From: Minisyncoccota bacterium
Lineage (GTDB): Bacteria; Patescibacteriota; Minisyncoccia; Phycocordibacterales; UBA9973
Assembly: GCA_035353995.1 (NCBI GenBank)
Contig: DAOQAL010000002.1
Location: 28,729-92,728 of the forward strand
DNA: 64,000 bases
Reading direction: 5' to 3'
Of the stretch, positions 1-10,923 are shown in pieces. The position numbers were made by a program, and so were the translations under genes. Each line of letters opens with the position of its first letter. Position 1 is the first letter of the stretch. The notes under the pieces are model-generated. The model did not search any database and was not told the DNA's origin. It was given only the letters and a program-made list of their open reading frames with translations.

Positions 1-636
1 TATTAAATTAATAAGATAAATTTTTGAAATATTTTTGTTTTTTAAGAAAACTTTTATTGTGTTTAAAACAGGAACTTTTGTATACTTTGGATCCTTAAAA
101 TCACTTAAACAAAAACTAAAAATTATTGAAACAAGTAACATGAAACTTGCAGAAAATACATATATTCCTCTAAAAGACCCATCTTTTATAATAGAACCAG
201 AAACCATTTGGGCTATAACCCATGCTAGATTCATTACCATTAAAAAAAGTCCACGGAATTTTCCTATTGAAGAATTTTTTGAAACGTCCTCTATGAAAAT
301 ATCAAGTGATGCATAAAGAAAATTCATTGAAGCAAAAAACAAAATAAATGCAGGTATGATTGCATATATATTATCTATATATGCTAGCGATAACATCGCT
401 ACGAAATTCGTTATAGAGAACAATAGTGCAGTAAAACGATTTCCTAGTTTTGTTAATATCTTTGGAATCTTTAACATGCTCCATATTGTAATAACAGAAG
501 CAAGTATATAAACAATACCGAGATAATCCTCATTAATATATTTTTCTAGAAAACTTGAGTTTATATATGAAGTTAAAGCGATTGAAATAGAAAAAAGAAA
601 ACCTGCCAAATAAACGATGTTTTTGTTATTTCTCAT
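1..636 (-). CDS. MFS-type transporter, N-terminal 212 aa (CDS continues past the window start)
   Basis: Reverse-complement of 1-636 translated by hand is open throughout, starting at ATG 636-634 (MRNNKNIVYLAGFLFSISIALTSYINSSFLEKYINEDYLGIVYILASVITIWSMLKIPKILTKLGNRFTALLFSITNF...). It shows repeated hydrophobic helices and a GxxxNRF-type loop typical of MFS permeases. It is absent from the ORF track because it runs off the window edge. Confidence 0.5.
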   Translation of the reverse strand, partial: MRNNKNIVYLAGFLFSISIALTSYINSSFLEKYINEDYLGIVYILASVITIWSMLKIPKILTKLGNRFTALLFSITNFVAMLSLAYIDNIYAIIPAFILFFASMNFLYASLDIFIEDVSKNSSIGKFRGLFLMVMNLAWVIAQMVSGSIIKDGSFRGIYVFSASFMLLVSIIFSFCLSDFKDPKYTKVPVLNTIKVFLKNKNISKIYLINLI

Positions 637-661
637 TATTATTCTACACTTACTTATAATT

Positions 662-2596
662 TTATACAGTTAATACAACTGGTATAACTAATGGTCTTTT
701 TGCTGTTTTTTGGTAAAGATATTTTGAAATTGTTTCTCCCAAATTATTCTTTATATAATCCAAATCAAGCTGATTCATTTTTTGTGTAGTATCTTCTACT
801 GATTTCTTAATTATTATTCTTACTTGTCTTAATAGTTCCTGATTTTCTTTTAGATAAACGAAACCTCGTGAAATTAAATCTGGAGATTTTTTTAACTTGC
901 CAGTATTTTGATCAAGTAATGCTATAACGACAAACATCCCATCTTGTGCAAGCATTACACGATCTCTTATTACAACATCTTGTACATCAGAAATAGCAAG
1001 ACCATCTACCATCATTGGTGCGGATGGAGCTTTTTCTTTTCTAAGAACCATTTTTTTACCGTCTGCAGAAATTTCAATTATAGAACCATTATCAGGAACA
1101 ATAATATTTTCTTCTGGCATACCAAGTTCCATCGCTAATTCTTTATGAAGTTCCAACATGAAATGATTTCCATGAATTGGTATAAAAAATCTAGGATGTG
1201 TTTTTCTATGAAGCCATTTAATATCTTCTTTGTTTCCATGACCTGTAGCGTGAACAAAATCTTCTCCAGCAGTTCTGTAACTTATTATCTTTACTCCTTG
1301 ACGTGACAAATTATCTTTTATACGTTGAACTTTTAATTCATTTCCTGGTACAACAGAAGCAGAGAGAATTATTGTGTCTCCTTTTTTAATTCCAAATTTT
1401 TTATGAGATTTATTTGCAGCACGAGAAAGGGCTGCAAATTCTTCACCTTGTGAACCTGTCATAAGTATTACCACTCTATTAGGAGGGTATTTATCGGCTT
1501 CTTCTATTGGTATTATCGTGTCCTTTTTAGGTTTAAAGAAACCAGCTTCGATTGCGACATCAATATTTGTTTTCATTGAACGTCCATCTATGGCTATTTT
1601 TTTACCCATTGATTCTGCTGTTTTCACAACATGAGCAAGTCGAGTAATTTGTGAAGAGAAAGCTGCAATTATTATTCTTCCATTTATTTTTCTTAATAAA
1701 TTATCAAGCCCTTCGTGTACTTTTATTTCAGGAAGAGAAAAACCCTCGTTCTCTACATTTGTAGAATCTGTCATCAGAAGGAGTACATTTGCTTTATCAA
1801 AAATAGAATATTCTTTTTCTTCATTGTCGGTAACAACTCCATTTATTTGATCAAGTTTATAATCGCCAGGCGTAACAATCCAACCATGTTTTGTTTCTAT
1901 AATTATTCCCATTGAATCTGGAATTGTATGTGTAACACCAAAAATTCTGATTTTTATTTTTCCACAAGTTACAACTTCGTTTTTTTCTACAACTTCTATA
2001 TTTATTGGTGGTAAATGTGGAAATTCAGCTTGACGCTTTTTTATCATGAGAACAGTTAAGTTTCTTGAATAAACTTTTGGATTTCCAATACGAGATAAAA
2101 CTATTGGTATTCCACCAATATGATCCAGGTGTCCATGAGTTATAAATAAACCACGAATTTTGTCTTTATGTTCTTCTAAGTAAGTAGTATTAGGAATTAC
2201 GTAATCAACTCCAGGTGTGTCTTCATTTGAAAAATGCATACCAGCATCGACAACGATAATATCATCGCCTATTTCAATTGCAGTCATATTTTTTCCGATT
2301 TCCTCAGCTCCTCCTAACGGAATAATACGAATCTTGCCTTCTTCTAATGGTGGAATTTTTACTTCATTAATACTGTTGCTTTGATTTTTTAATGGTGAGC
2401 GCATTCCTCTTCCTTGTTTTTTGTTAAATTTAGAATATTGGAATGTTGAGCTTTTTGTTCCTTTCTTTCTGTCTGTTATTTTATTTTCTGTTTTTGGATA
2501 AATTTTATTAGCTACATTTATATGTGTAGGAAATTTTTCTTCCTTTTTATGTTCGATGCTTACAGCACTGAACGATAGTCTTGTTTTTTTAGTCAT
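662..2596 (-). CDS. rnj: Ribonuclease J (metallo-beta-lactamase/beta-CASP RNase) with a Lys-rich N-terminal extension
   Basis: HGHLDHIGG motif, IIPLGGAEEIGKNMTAIE start of the MBL fold, beta-CASP region and the conserved RNase J C-terminal domain. Confidence 0.85.
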   Translation of the reverse strand: MTKKTRLSFSAVSIEHKKEEKFPTHINVANKIYPKTENKITDRKKGTKSSTFQYSKFNKKQGRGMRSPLKNQSNSINEVKIPPLEEGKIRIIPLGGAEEIGKNMTAIEIGDDIIVVDAGMHFSNEDTPGVDYVIPNTTYLEEHKDKIRGLFITHGHLDHIGGIPIVLSRIGNPKVYSRNLTVLMIKKRQAEFPHLPPINIEVVEKNEVVTCGKIKIRIFGVTHTIPDSMGIIIETKHGWIVTPGDYKLDQINGVVTDNEEKEYSIFDKANVLLLMTDSTNVENEGFSLPEIKVHEGLDNLLRKINGRIIIAAFSSQITRLAHVVKTAESMGKKIAIDGRSMKTNIDVAIEAGFFKPKKDTIIPIEEADKYPPNRVVILMTGSQGEEFAALSRAANKSHKKFGIKKGDTIILSASVVPGNELKVQRIKDNLSRQGVKIISYRTAGEDFVHATGHGNKEDIKWLHRKTHPRFFIPIHGNHFMLELHKELAMELGMPEENIIVPDNGSIIEISADGKKMVLRKEKAPSAPMMVDGLAISDVQDVVIRDRVMLAQDGMFVVIALLDQNTGKLKKSPDLISRGFVYLKENQELLRQVRIIIKKSVEDTTQKMNQLDLDYIKNNLGETISKYLYQKTAKRPLVIPVVLTV

Positions 2597-2622
2597 TTTA
2601 TTTTAGTAATTTTTAGTAATTT

Positions 2623-4374
2623 TTATTTTGAGAATATTTCCCAAACGTTGTCCGTGTTTATATACCATAGATATGAATTTAAAAATCTGTCTGATGATGA
2701 AGTAATTGTATTTATTGAAACACCTTTTAGATTTTTTGACACTACATAAATGAAGTTCGGACTATATATAAATACTGCTGGCATATCTTTTTTTATTTCA
2801 TCTTCAAATTGTGCGTATTTTTTTTCTCTAGCATCTTGATTTGTCATTGTAAATGCATCTTCTAAAATTTTATCAGCTTTTGCATTTGTATACATTGCAA
2901 CATTTAATCCAGGATCTTTTCTTTGTGAAGAATGCCAGAATGCATATAAGTCAGATTCGTGATTTATTATTTCTCCAAAAAGCAAAGCATCATATTTTCG
3001 TGGGCGAATAACAGACTGATTTAAATTGCCAACTTCGAATGTTTTTACATCCACTTTCATTCCGAGTGCAGTAAGATTTTGTCTTATTATCTCTGCTGTT
3101 GCTACAAGCTCTGAAGTGTTACCAGTTGATATAGAAAATTCTATAGTTGATATTGTTTTTTTCTTCTTTACCGTAGTTGTCTTTTTTAAATAACCGTCTT
3201 CTCCTTTTTCCCAACCATCTTTCGCTAAAATTTCTTGTGCCTTTTTAAAATTTTCGTCTGCTGAAGAATTATTTTTTTCATTTTGTTTTTGATATGAAAC
3301 CATATTTGGTGGTATAGGTTCATCTATTGCGACTCCATATCCTGAAAATACTTCTTTAATAATTCTATCCTTATCAATAGACAAATCTATTGCTTCAACT
3401 ATTTTTTTATTAGTGAATATTTGGTTTTGATTCTGATTAAAGAAAAGACCAAACACTCTAGGAAGAACTGAAGACTTAATTACGTAATTTTTCTCTTTTA
3501 ACAATTCAGCATTTTTTGGTGTGATAGAACTTGCTTGTTCAACATTTCCACTTAACAGTGCTGAAATTAATTCTTCTTCATTTGAATAGAAATTCAAAGT
3601 TATATTTTTGATATATGGTTTTCCTAAAGCAAATTTTTGAAAAGATTTAAGTTCGATATTTTTTATTACGCCATTTGATTCTTTGCTAACATTTACTATT
3701 TGGAAAGGACCAGAACCTATAGGGTTTATATTGTAGTCATTTATCTCGATAGGGGAATCTACCCAAAGATGTTCTGGCAATATCCCAAGAGTTGTATTTT
3801 CTAGAAAAGATGCAAATGGTTGTTTCAAAGAAAATTTTATTGTTTTCTCGTCAATTTTTTGTACAGTTACTCCATCCCAATTTGTTTTCTCAGCACTTTT
3901 CGTAAGCGGATCTTTTGCTTTTTCTATTGTGAATACAATATCATCTACTGTTACAGGTTCTCCATCTTGAAAGAATATTTTATCTTTTAATATGAATGTA
4001 TAAGTTAAACCATCTTTTGATATTTCATAACTCTCAGCTAAGTCAGGTATTATTGTGCCATCTTGATTTTTTCTTGTAAGTCCAGAATATACTAAAGATA
4101 CTAGGTCATTATCTGTAGAAGAATATGCGAGAATTGGATTTATAAAACGTGGAGAACCAACAATGCCTTCTGAAATTGAACCTCCTTGCATCGGCACGCT
4201 TACCATAAACTTTTTATTTAATCCTTCCAAAATAACCATTGCGCTTACTGTAAGAGCAAACACAAGAATTAAAAGAATTATACGCTCTCTCTTTGAGAAC
4301 ATAGAAAGAGCCAACCTGATTTTACTTATTAAAGGTAATATAAAATTACGTATACGTTTATAGAAATTTCTCAT
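2623..4374 (-). CDS. ABC transporter substrate-binding protein, family 5 (oligopeptide/dipeptide type)
   Basis: N-terminal transmembrane anchor followed by a long periplasmic-type domain with OppA/DppA-like segments (GGSISEGIVGSPRFINPI..., LAESYEISKDGLTYTFILKDKIFFQDGEPVTVDDIVFT). Confidence 0.7.
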   Translation of the reverse strand: MRNFYKRIRNFILPLISKIRLALSMFSKRERIILLILVFALTVSAMVILEGLNKKFMVSVPMQGGSISEGIVGSPRFINPILAYSSTDNDLVSLVYSGLTRKNQDGTIIPDLAESYEISKDGLTYTFILKDKIFFQDGEPVTVDDIVFTIEKAKDPLTKSAEKTNWDGVTVQKIDEKTIKFSLKQPFASFLENTTLGILPEHLWVDSPIEINDYNINPIGSGPFQIVNVSKESNGVIKNIELKSFQKFALGKPYIKNITLNFYSNEEELISALLSGNVEQASSITPKNAELLKEKNYVIKSSVLPRVFGLFFNQNQNQIFTNKKIVEAIDLSIDKDRIIKEVFSGYGVAIDEPIPPNMVSYQKQNEKNNSSADENFKKAQEILAKDGWEKGEDGYLKKTTTVKKKKTISTIEFSISTGNTSELVATAEIIRQNLTALGMKVDVKTFEVGNLNQSVIRPRKYDALLFGEIINHESDLYAFWHSSQRKDPGLNVAMYTNAKADKILEDAFTMTNQDAREKKYAQFEDEIKKDMPAVFIYSPNFIYVVSKNLKGVSINTITSSSDRFLNSYLWYINTDNVWEIFSK

Positions 4375-4406
4375 AAAAGAAAAAGTATCAAATCTAAACA
4401 GAATCT

Positions 4407-4646
4407 TTAGCTTCTAGCTTTTATTATTATAGCGAGAAAAGCTGATAAAGCAAAAAGGATTCCACAAACTATGGATAAGTAAAAAAGAAACTTTTCTGAA
4501 CCACGACGAGTATGATGAAATGTGTCATCTCCACCACCAAGCGCGCCACCTAATCCTGCGCCGGACTGTTGAAGTAAAATAGCTATAACTAATACTATTG
4601 AAAAGACTATCTGCGCATAAGGCAGTATTTTGGCTATTAATTGCAT
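4407..4646 (-). CDS. secG: Preprotein translocase subunit SecG
   Basis: LLQQSGAGLGGALGGG glycine-rich SecG signature between two TM helices. Start placed at the internal Met (codon 21 of the ORF-track entry) to give a typical ~79-aa SecG. Confidence 0.7.
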   Translation of the reverse strand: MQLIAKILPYAQIVFSIVLVIAILLQQSGAGLGGALGGGDDTFHHTRRGSEKFLFYLSIVCGILFALSAFLAIIIKARS

Positions 4647-4700
4647 GTATACTATTATCGCACAATGAAGCATAAAAAGCAATATGTATTCATTTGCATA

Positions 4701-4728
4701 TTGCAAATAATATTACTAGTGATAAAAT
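4701..4728 (+). promoter_or_regulatory. Sigma-70-like promoter (TTGCAA-N16-TAAAAT) placing the transcription start ~1-2 nt before the ATG: likely leaderless mRNA
   Basis: TTGCAA at 4701-4706 and TAAAAT at 4723-4728. The ATG of the downstream CDS is at 4737. Confidence 0.4.
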
Positions 4729-4736
4729 TACATATT

Positions 4737-5849
4737 ATGTCTAGAGAAAAAATAATAACTTTAAGTAAAGATCTTCAGTCAAAAATTTTTATGGGGGAAA
4801 GGGATTATAAACCAGATCCTAAAACACCCATTACTAATTGGCTTGTTAATACAAAGAGGCATTGTAATGGTGGAAAAACCGTCAATGCAGGTCTTTGGCT
4901 AAAGAGGCATACAGACAATGGAGGAAAAATATTTTTAACCATGTCCGGTGCTGGTTCTTCTTTTCAGCAGGGTGTTATGATTTCTGAACTTATAAAAGCA
5001 GGAAAGATAGCTGCTATTTCTGTTACAGGTGCAAATATGGAAGAAAGTTTATACAGACTTGTTGCTAATAGTCATTATGCTTATATACCAGATTATTTGG
5101 AATTAACAAGATCAGAAGAAAAAGAATTAGCACAAGCTGGACTACGAAGAATTACTGATACATTTTTACCAGAGGATGAATCTGTTAGAGTGGTTTTGCC
5201 ACAACTTGAAAAACTTTGGCGTGAAGCGGAAGAAAACAATAAACCACTTTTGTGGCATGAATATTTTTTCCAACTTTTTGAAAGAAAGATGATAGATTTT
5301 GATCCTACTGCTAATACAGATGAGTGTTGGTTATACCAAGCATGGTTAAATAAGATTCCAGTTTTTGTTCCAGGTGCTGAAGACTCAACTATGGGAAATA
5401 TTTTTACTCAAGCTTGTTATGATGGAAACCATCCTATTCTTTCTAAATATAAATTAGAGAAACCTATAAGCCCAGAAGTTATTCATCATTCATTCCGTTA
5501 TATGCATGCTCTTGCAGAATGGTATTTAGATAATACTAAAGATAATGGATTAGCATTTCTTCAATTGGGAGGAGGCATAGCTGCAGATTTTCCTATTTGT
5601 GTAGTTCCACATATTAAAAAAGATTTTCTATATAAAGAAACGGAAGAGTTGCAAGAAAAAATTGTGCGTTCTTGGGCAGGGTTCATTGAAATACATTCTT
5701 CTCCTATGAGTTTCGGATCATACTCTGGTGCTGGTTTCAAAGAAAAAATAACTTGGGAGAAATTTGACGTAGATGCTTTTGGAGAGCAAATTTTCGGAGA
5801 CTACACAGAACATTTCCCTGATATCGTTGCCATTATACTAGGCAAATAA
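4737..5849 (+). CDS. Deoxyhypusine synthase family protein (DHS-like / homospermidine synthase-like)
   Basis: Clear similarity to eukaryotic/archaeal DHS as recalled from memory ([41 protein letters not shown] matches the TTAGGVEEDLIKC region; [19 protein letters not shown] matches [33 protein letters not shown] matches ILGGGVVKHHI). Start moved to the internal ATG at 4737; the upstream part of the track ORF overlaps secG and begins with TTG. Confidence 0.65.
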   Translation: [370 protein letters not shown]

Positions 5850-5939
5850 AAATTGTTAGATATTTTAAGGTATAATTTTTAACAAAAAATAAAAAATTAT
5901 ATTGTCATTTTATATTTGTAAAAAAGGGTTATTAAACTC

Positions 5940-5968
5940 TTGACTTTGATTTTGGATTAATATATACT
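5940..5968 (+). promoter_or_regulatory. rRNA promoter TTGACT-N17-TATACT
   Basis: TTGACT at 5940-5945, 17-nt spacer, TATACT at 5963-5968, about 210 nt upstream of the 16S 5' end. Confidence 0.5.
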
Positions 5969-6177
5969 CCTTCTAGCGTCTAATCCATATTGGATAAGGC
6001 GTTTTCATTTAATAAACAGACTTTGAAAATTTAATAGTTTGAGAACTAGTCCTGCAAAGGAGCAGGACGAAGTGCAAGTAATTTAGTTTATTTTTCAATA
6101 ATTTTATTGAGCATATGATCAAAATATATTAAACAAAAATCATTGCTGTTTTTTGTTTTGTTTCGTTCTAACAACTT

Positions 6178-7712
<1,535 letters not shown>

Positions 7713-7900
7713 TGAAACTCGTTGTTGGATATTTATATTCGATAACTTATTGAGTCGGTATTGTACGCCTCAATTGAGCGTACAATGGTTTATTTGAACC
7801 TAAAACAAAATGACAAGTATGGAAAGACATACAAATAAAAAAGTTTACTCTGCTTCGGTGGAGGAAAGAACGAAACAAAACAAAGAACAGCTAATAAAAA

Positions 7901-7930
7901 CACCTCGTGGAAACACGGGGTGTTTTTTTT
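7901..7930 (+). terminator. Intrinsic terminator closing the solitary 16S transcription unit
   Basis: Hairpin CACCTCGTG-GAAA-CACGGGGTG followed by T8. Confidence 0.5.
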
Positions 7931-7996
7931 GACAAAAAAATAAATTAAGTTATTGTATAATTGAAAAACAAATGTACTTAACCAAATAAATATCAT

Positions 7997-8416
7997 ATGA
8001 ACAAAAGAGAAGATTATCAGAAAATGGCGGAAATTCTCAATTCAATTTCTGCAGATGGTGGCGTGTTTTTTATTGCCACTAAAATAGGAAACAGAACTCG
8101 TATTTTAGGAAGACTTGAAAAAATGGAAGTAAAAGAAAACTCTGTTTCTTTTATACCTAAAAATTCTTTTTATTTTGTAAAAGACGAATCTTTTGAAATT
8201 CCTCCTGGAAGCATAAATTGGTTTTTTTCTATAGAACCTGCCTCTGGTTTTGTAGCCTGTATGCGAGCCGGTACTAAAGGGGCTTCTCATAATGTAAGTA
8301 TTTGCAACGTAGTTGTTATTAAAATCTTTTCTGAAAAGAATAATTTTTTACAATCAGTTGCTGAAAACTGTGACGGTTTGCCAGTAGAAAAAATTCCAAG
8401 AGAAATTATTGATTGA
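7997..8416 (+). CDS. Hypothetical protein
   Basis: 139-aa ORF with its own downstream hairpin/T-run. No confident family assignment. Confidence 0.4.
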   Translation: MNKREDYQKMAEILNSISADGGVFFIATKIGNRTRILGRLEKMEVKENSVSFIPKNSFYFVKDESFEIPPGSINWFFSIEPASGFVACMRAGTKGASHNVSICNVVVIKIFSEKNNFLQSVAENCDGLPVEKIPREIID

Positions 8417-8473
8417 TCTCTTTAAGGTGTCCCTAGTCTATATAGGGGCGCCTTTTTTTGATATAATAAAAAT

Positions 8474-9391
8474 ATGCCGGAAAATAAATATAAAAATAAA
8501 GTTGGAGTACTTCGTGGAGGTACAGATAAATTTTACGAAGACTCTTTACAGGATGGAGGAGAGGTAATTACTAATCTTTCTAAATATTTAGGTAGCAATT
8601 GGAAAGTTTTTGATATTTTAATTGATAAAAAAGGTGTTTGGCATTTTGCTGGGTTGCCAATTAAGCCTACTGAGTTAGCACATAAAGTTGATGTAATTTG
8701 GAATACTTCTAGTTCTGAATTTTCTCAAATTTTAAAAAATCTTGGTATACCATATTTTGGTTTGAAATCTTTTTCAGAATCTTTGTGTAATAGTAAACAA
8801 ATGTTAAAAGAACATATGGAAAAAATTGGAGTTAATATGCCAAGGCATTTGATTTTGTCACCTTATAAATGTGATATCGATGGTCCGAGAGAAAGATATT
8901 CAATAAAAAAAGCAAAAGAAGTTTTTGAAAAATTTGGTGCTCCTTGGACTATTCAATCATTAACTACAAATTCAAATATGGCTATTCATGTGGCGAATAC
9001 TTTTCCTGAATTAGTAGACGCTATAGAAGATGGTGTTAGTCAGGGTGTTGGTCTTTTGGTTGAAGAATGTATAAAAGGTAGAGAAGCACAAGTCCATATT
9101 TTACCAGGATTCAGAGGAGAAAATATTTATACTTTTCCTGTTGGCAATTTTAGGAAAGATGAAAAAGAAAAAATAGATTTGCTTTCTAGAAAAATTTTAA
9201 ATCATGTCGGATCACAATATTATTTGAAAACAAATTTTAAGTTAGATAATAAAGGGAAAATTTATTTTATTGGATTGGAGTTAATGCCTTCTTTAAAAAC
9301 AGAATCACATTTTTATTCATCTTGTGAATCTGTTGGCGTAAAACAACACCAGATTGTTGAGCATATCTTAAAAAGAGTTTTAGATTTATAA
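8474..9391 (+). CDS. ddl: D-alanine--D-alanine ligase (ATP-grasp)
   Basis: N-terminus VGVLRGGTDKFYEDSLQDGGEV matches the Ddl GGxSxEHEVSLxSG region; C-terminal ATP-grasp segment EECIKGREAQVHILPG. Confidence 0.65.
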   Translation: MPENKYKNKVGVLRGGTDKFYEDSLQDGGEVITNLSKYLGSNWKVFDILIDKKGVWHFAGLPIKPTELAHKVDVIWNTSSSEFSQILKNLGIPYFGLKSFSESLCNSKQMLKEHMEKIGVNMPRHLILSPYKCDIDGPRERYSIKKAKEVFEKFGAPWTIQSLTTNSNMAIHVANTFPELVDAIEDGVSQGVGLLVEECIKGREAQVHILPGFRGENIYTFPVGNFRKDEKEKIDLLSRKILNHVGSQYYLKTNFKLDNKGKIYFIGLELMPSLKTESHFYSSCESVGVKQHQIVEHILKRVLDL

Positions 9392-9397
9392 AATTCT

Positions 9398-9468
9398 CGG
9401 GCTGTAGTATACCGGTAGTACACACCCTTCGGGAGGGTGTAGACTGGGTTCGATTCCCAGCAGCCCGA
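9398..9468 (+). tRNA. tRNA-Pro (anticodon CGG)
   Basis: Hand-folded cloverleaf: acceptor CGGGCUG/CAGCCCG, D-arm GUAU...GUAC, anticodon stem CACCC/GGGUG with loop UUCGGGA, T-arm CUGGG-UUCGAUU-CCCAG, discriminator A. Confidence 0.8.
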
Positions 9469-9469
9469 C

Positions 9470-10399
9470 ATGGTATTAAATTTAATTTTGTTTTTAATTT
9501 CATTATACTTAGTAATAAAAGGAGCTACTTTCTCTACTAAATATGCAGCTCAATTAGCGGAAAAATTTCATTTATCAAAATATGCAATTGGTTTTATAAT
9601 TGTTTCAGTAATTTCTATTTTGCCAGAAGCTTTTATATCAATTAACTCTGCCATTGAACAGGTTCCTTTGTTTGGTCTTAGCGTTCTTTTTGGTTCAAAT
9701 GTTGCTGATTTGACTTTAATTTTTGCAATTATTATTTTTGCGAATGGACGTAGATTGAAAATCGAAAGTAAAATTTTAAAGGACCAAAAATTTTTTCCTC
9801 TTCTATTAATTTTGCCATTGCTTTTTGGAATTGATGGAAGCTTTTCTAGAATTGAAGGTTTAGCTTTAATTTTTTTTGGAGTAATTTTTTATTATTCCTC
9901 ATTAAGAAAAGAAACTGCTACCAGAGTGCCTATTGATAAGAAAGAAAATAAATTTAAAGATTTTTTATTTTTATTATTAAGTATGTCCGCCTTACTTTTA
10001 GGTGCCCACTTTACTGTAACTTCAGCTACAGCATTAGCAAATTATTTTAAAATTAGTTCAGTATTGATTGGAATTTTAGTTGTTGGACTTGGTACTACTT
10101 TGCCAGAATTATTTTTTTCCTTGAAGGCCGCGAAAAAAAATGATGATTCTTTAGCAGTAGGAGATATTTTTGGTACTGTCTTGGCAGACTCGACTATCGT
10201 TATAGGAATACTTGCTTTAATTTCTCCATTTTCTGTTCCAATAAAAACTATTTCTGTTACAGGAGTTTTTATGGTCATTGCCTCTATAATTTTATTATAT
10301 TTCATGCGTTCTGATAAAAATGTATCTAAAAAAGAAGGCATTTTACTCTTCTTGTATTGGCTTGTTTTTATTTTAGTTGAATTCTTCTTGAATAGATAA
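9470..10399 (+). CDS. Ca2+/cation antiporter (CaCA family; YrbG-like Na+/Ca2+ exchanger)
   Basis: Two alpha-repeat signatures, GSNVADLTLIF and GTTLPELFFS, in a ~10-TM protein. Confidence 0.7.
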   Translation: MVLNLILFLISLYLVIKGATFSTKYAAQLAEKFHLSKYAIGFIIVSVISILPEAFISINSAIEQVPLFGLSVLFGSNVADLTLIFAIIIFANGRRLKIESKILKDQKFFPLLLILPLLFGIDGSFSRIEGLALIFFGVIFYYSSLRKETATRVPIDKKENKFKDFLFLLLSMSALLLGAHFTVTSATALANYFKISSVLIGILVVGLGTTLPELFFSLKAAKKNDDSLAVGDIFGTVLADSTIVIGILALISPFSVPIKTISVTGVFMVIASIILLYFMRSDKNVSKKEGILLFLYWLVFILVEFFLNR

Positions 10400-10514
10400 T
10401 TTTTATGTTATACTAAAAAAGTAAATTGTTTTTATCTGTAGCGGGTGATCGCACTCACATAGGCACATATGTTGGAGGTTAGCCATCACCCGCTTCAAAT
10501 CAAAATAATTTAAA

Positions 10515-10542
10515 ATACATCACTTCGGTGGTGTATTTTTTT
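10515..10542 (+). terminator. Intrinsic terminator after the antiporter gene
   Basis: ATACATCAC-TTCG-GTGGTGTAT hairpin followed by T7. Confidence 0.55.
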
Positions 10543-10748
10543 ATTAACTTGCATAATTTTATTTTATTTTTGTTTTTTTATTTACAAAATATTTAAAATA
10601 ATTTTTTTTAAAAAAATAAAAATAAAAGTTATCCACAGTTTTTTAAAAAAATGATTGTTTTAAATTTGTTTTTGAGAGATAATTAAATTAGTTCTTTGCG
10701 ATAATTATTTTTTAAATATTTTTTAAAAATATTTTTAGGTCGTAATTA

Positions 10749-10777
10749 TTGCAAACTTAATTATTATTTAATAAAAT
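10749..10777 (+). promoter_or_regulatory. Promoter TTGCAA-N17-TAAAAT for the mini-ORF / secA leader
   Basis: TTGCAA at 10749-10754 and TAAAAT at 10772-10777. Confidence 0.45.
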
Positions 10778-10814
10778 GCAAGTTCGTAGAAATACGAATA
10801 AGCAAAAAAATAAA

Positions 10815-10883
10815 ATGGCAGCAAAAAAGAAAGCAAAGAAGACAACAAAGAAAGCAAAGAAGACAACAAAGAAGCGAGCATAG
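10815..10883 (+). CDS. Lys-rich mini-ORF (22 aa, MAAKKKAKKTTKKAKKTTKKRA) in the secA leader region
   Basis: ATG at 10815, TAG at 10881-10883. Contains a tandem 24-nt duplication (aaagcaaagaagacaacaaagaag). Preceded by a promoter and followed by an intrinsic terminator. Confidence 0.35.
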   Translation: MAAKKKAKKTTKKAKKTTKKRA

Positions 10884-10897
10884 TCTTCCTATAAAAA

Positions 10898-10923
10898 CTT
10901 CCGGCGAAAGTCGGAAGTTTTTT
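10898..10923 (+). terminator. Intrinsic terminator/attenuator hairpin 23 nt upstream of the secA start
   Basis: CTTCCG-GCGAAAGT-CGGAAG hairpin followed by T6. Confidence 0.5.

Noticed and set aside
35-316. 93-aa plus-strand ORF from the ORF track
   Set aside because: It lies antisense to a continuous minus-strand reading frame (1-636) that encodes a convincing MFS-type permease N-terminus. No motifs of its own; AT-rich antisense ORFs of this size are expected by chance.
9267-9503. 78-aa minus-strand ORF overlapping tRNA-Pro and the Ddl C-terminus
   Set aside because: It overlaps a well-folded tRNA and a conserved CDS on the other strand.
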